Under the pieces are notes generated by a model that saw nothing but the letters and a program-made list of their open reading frames with translations, was not told the DNA's origin and did no database searches. 64,000 nt of DNA, from assembly GCA_944391735.1 (NCBI GenBank), contig CALXUR010000002.1:2484-66483 (forward strand). The letters run 5' to 3'. Below are positions 63,752 to 64,000 of this stretch, one piece after another. Within the stretch, counting starts at the first letter, position 1, and every line of letters begins with the position of its first letter. Both the position numbers and the translations under genes were made by a program. This DNA is from an uncultured Alphaproteobacteria bacterium. Its GTDB lineage: Bacteria > Pseudomonadota > Alphaproteobacteria > CAAHEQ01 > UBA3637.

Positions 63752-64000
63752 TTAATATTCTAAATTATCAATAAATGGTTTTTGCGAACCGACCGAAGAG
63801 ACATATACAATCGCTAACAATGCGAAAATATAAGCCTGAATCGTTCCTGTTATCAGCCCCAGTATTTGTAACGGTAACGGAATTAAAAAGGGGGCCAACA
63901 TCATTAAAACAGATGCGATGATGGCACCACTCAACATATTGCCGTATAAACGAAAGGCCAATGAAAACGTTGATGAAAAATCACTAATGATATTCATAGG
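63752..64000 (-). CDS. atpB: ATP synthase a subunit; C-terminal part only, 5' end beyond the window
   Basis: Conserved stator Arg motif SLAFRLYGNMLSGA and the C-terminal helices. Confidence 0.85.
   Translation of the reverse strand, partial: PMNIISDFSSTFSLAFRLYGNMLSGAIIASVLMMLAPFLIPLPLQILGLITGTIQAYIFALLAIVYVSSVGSQKPFIDNLEY

Noticed and set aside
60229-64000. Canonical F1Fo ATP synthase operon
   Set aside because: The separate delta gene is missing, b carries a delta-like tail, and gamma is followed by ihfB rather than beta/epsilon. The gene order fits the N-ATPase type better, pending the sequence beyond 64000.

Overview
The window reads as a moderately AT-rich, gene-dense proteobacterial chromosome. 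Gene content and order look alphaproteobacterial: yfgM-bamB-der, psd-pssA, kpsF-lptC/A-lptB, mreBCD-mrdA-rodA, uvrB, aspS, infA and accD. All product calls come from motif and architecture recognition by eye; no database search was possible.

Four accessory parts stand out:
1) About 18.8-29.6 kb, next to tRNA-Val, holds a compact phage-tail-like cluster. It runs: XRE switch, sheath-like, tube-like, frameshifted chaperone, tape measure, three small baseplate-like ORFs, four tandem paralogous fibre-knob genes, then holin-like, SleB-like endolysin and u-spanin-like genes. There are no capsid, portal, terminase, integrase or replication genes, so it is a tailocin or phage-tail-like-particle candidate with an unusually small baseplate.
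2) Two paralogous proteins (17309-18637 + and 56114-57715 -) join a prepilin-type N-terminus (ESG|RSMVEMLGVL) to large, extremely cysteine-rich C-terminal domains. A nearly identical 32-bp palindrome precedes each gene.
3) Palindromic REP/RPE-like repeats lie between aspS and the first pilin-like gene. They include a ~24-bp tandem array and an apparent in-frame 78-nt insertion, flanked by 12-nt direct repeats, inside the pilin leader.
4) An ATP synthase locus runs a-c-b/delta-fusion-alpha-gamma, followed by ihfB rather than beta and epsilon. This matches the N-type ATPase operon layout, and its c subunit has a two-carboxylate ESTxxY ion site.

Smaller oddities are a single ORF that looks like an LptC-LptA fusion, an orphan VirB8-like gene, and a consensus promoter followed immediately by two intrinsic terminators in front of the endolysin.
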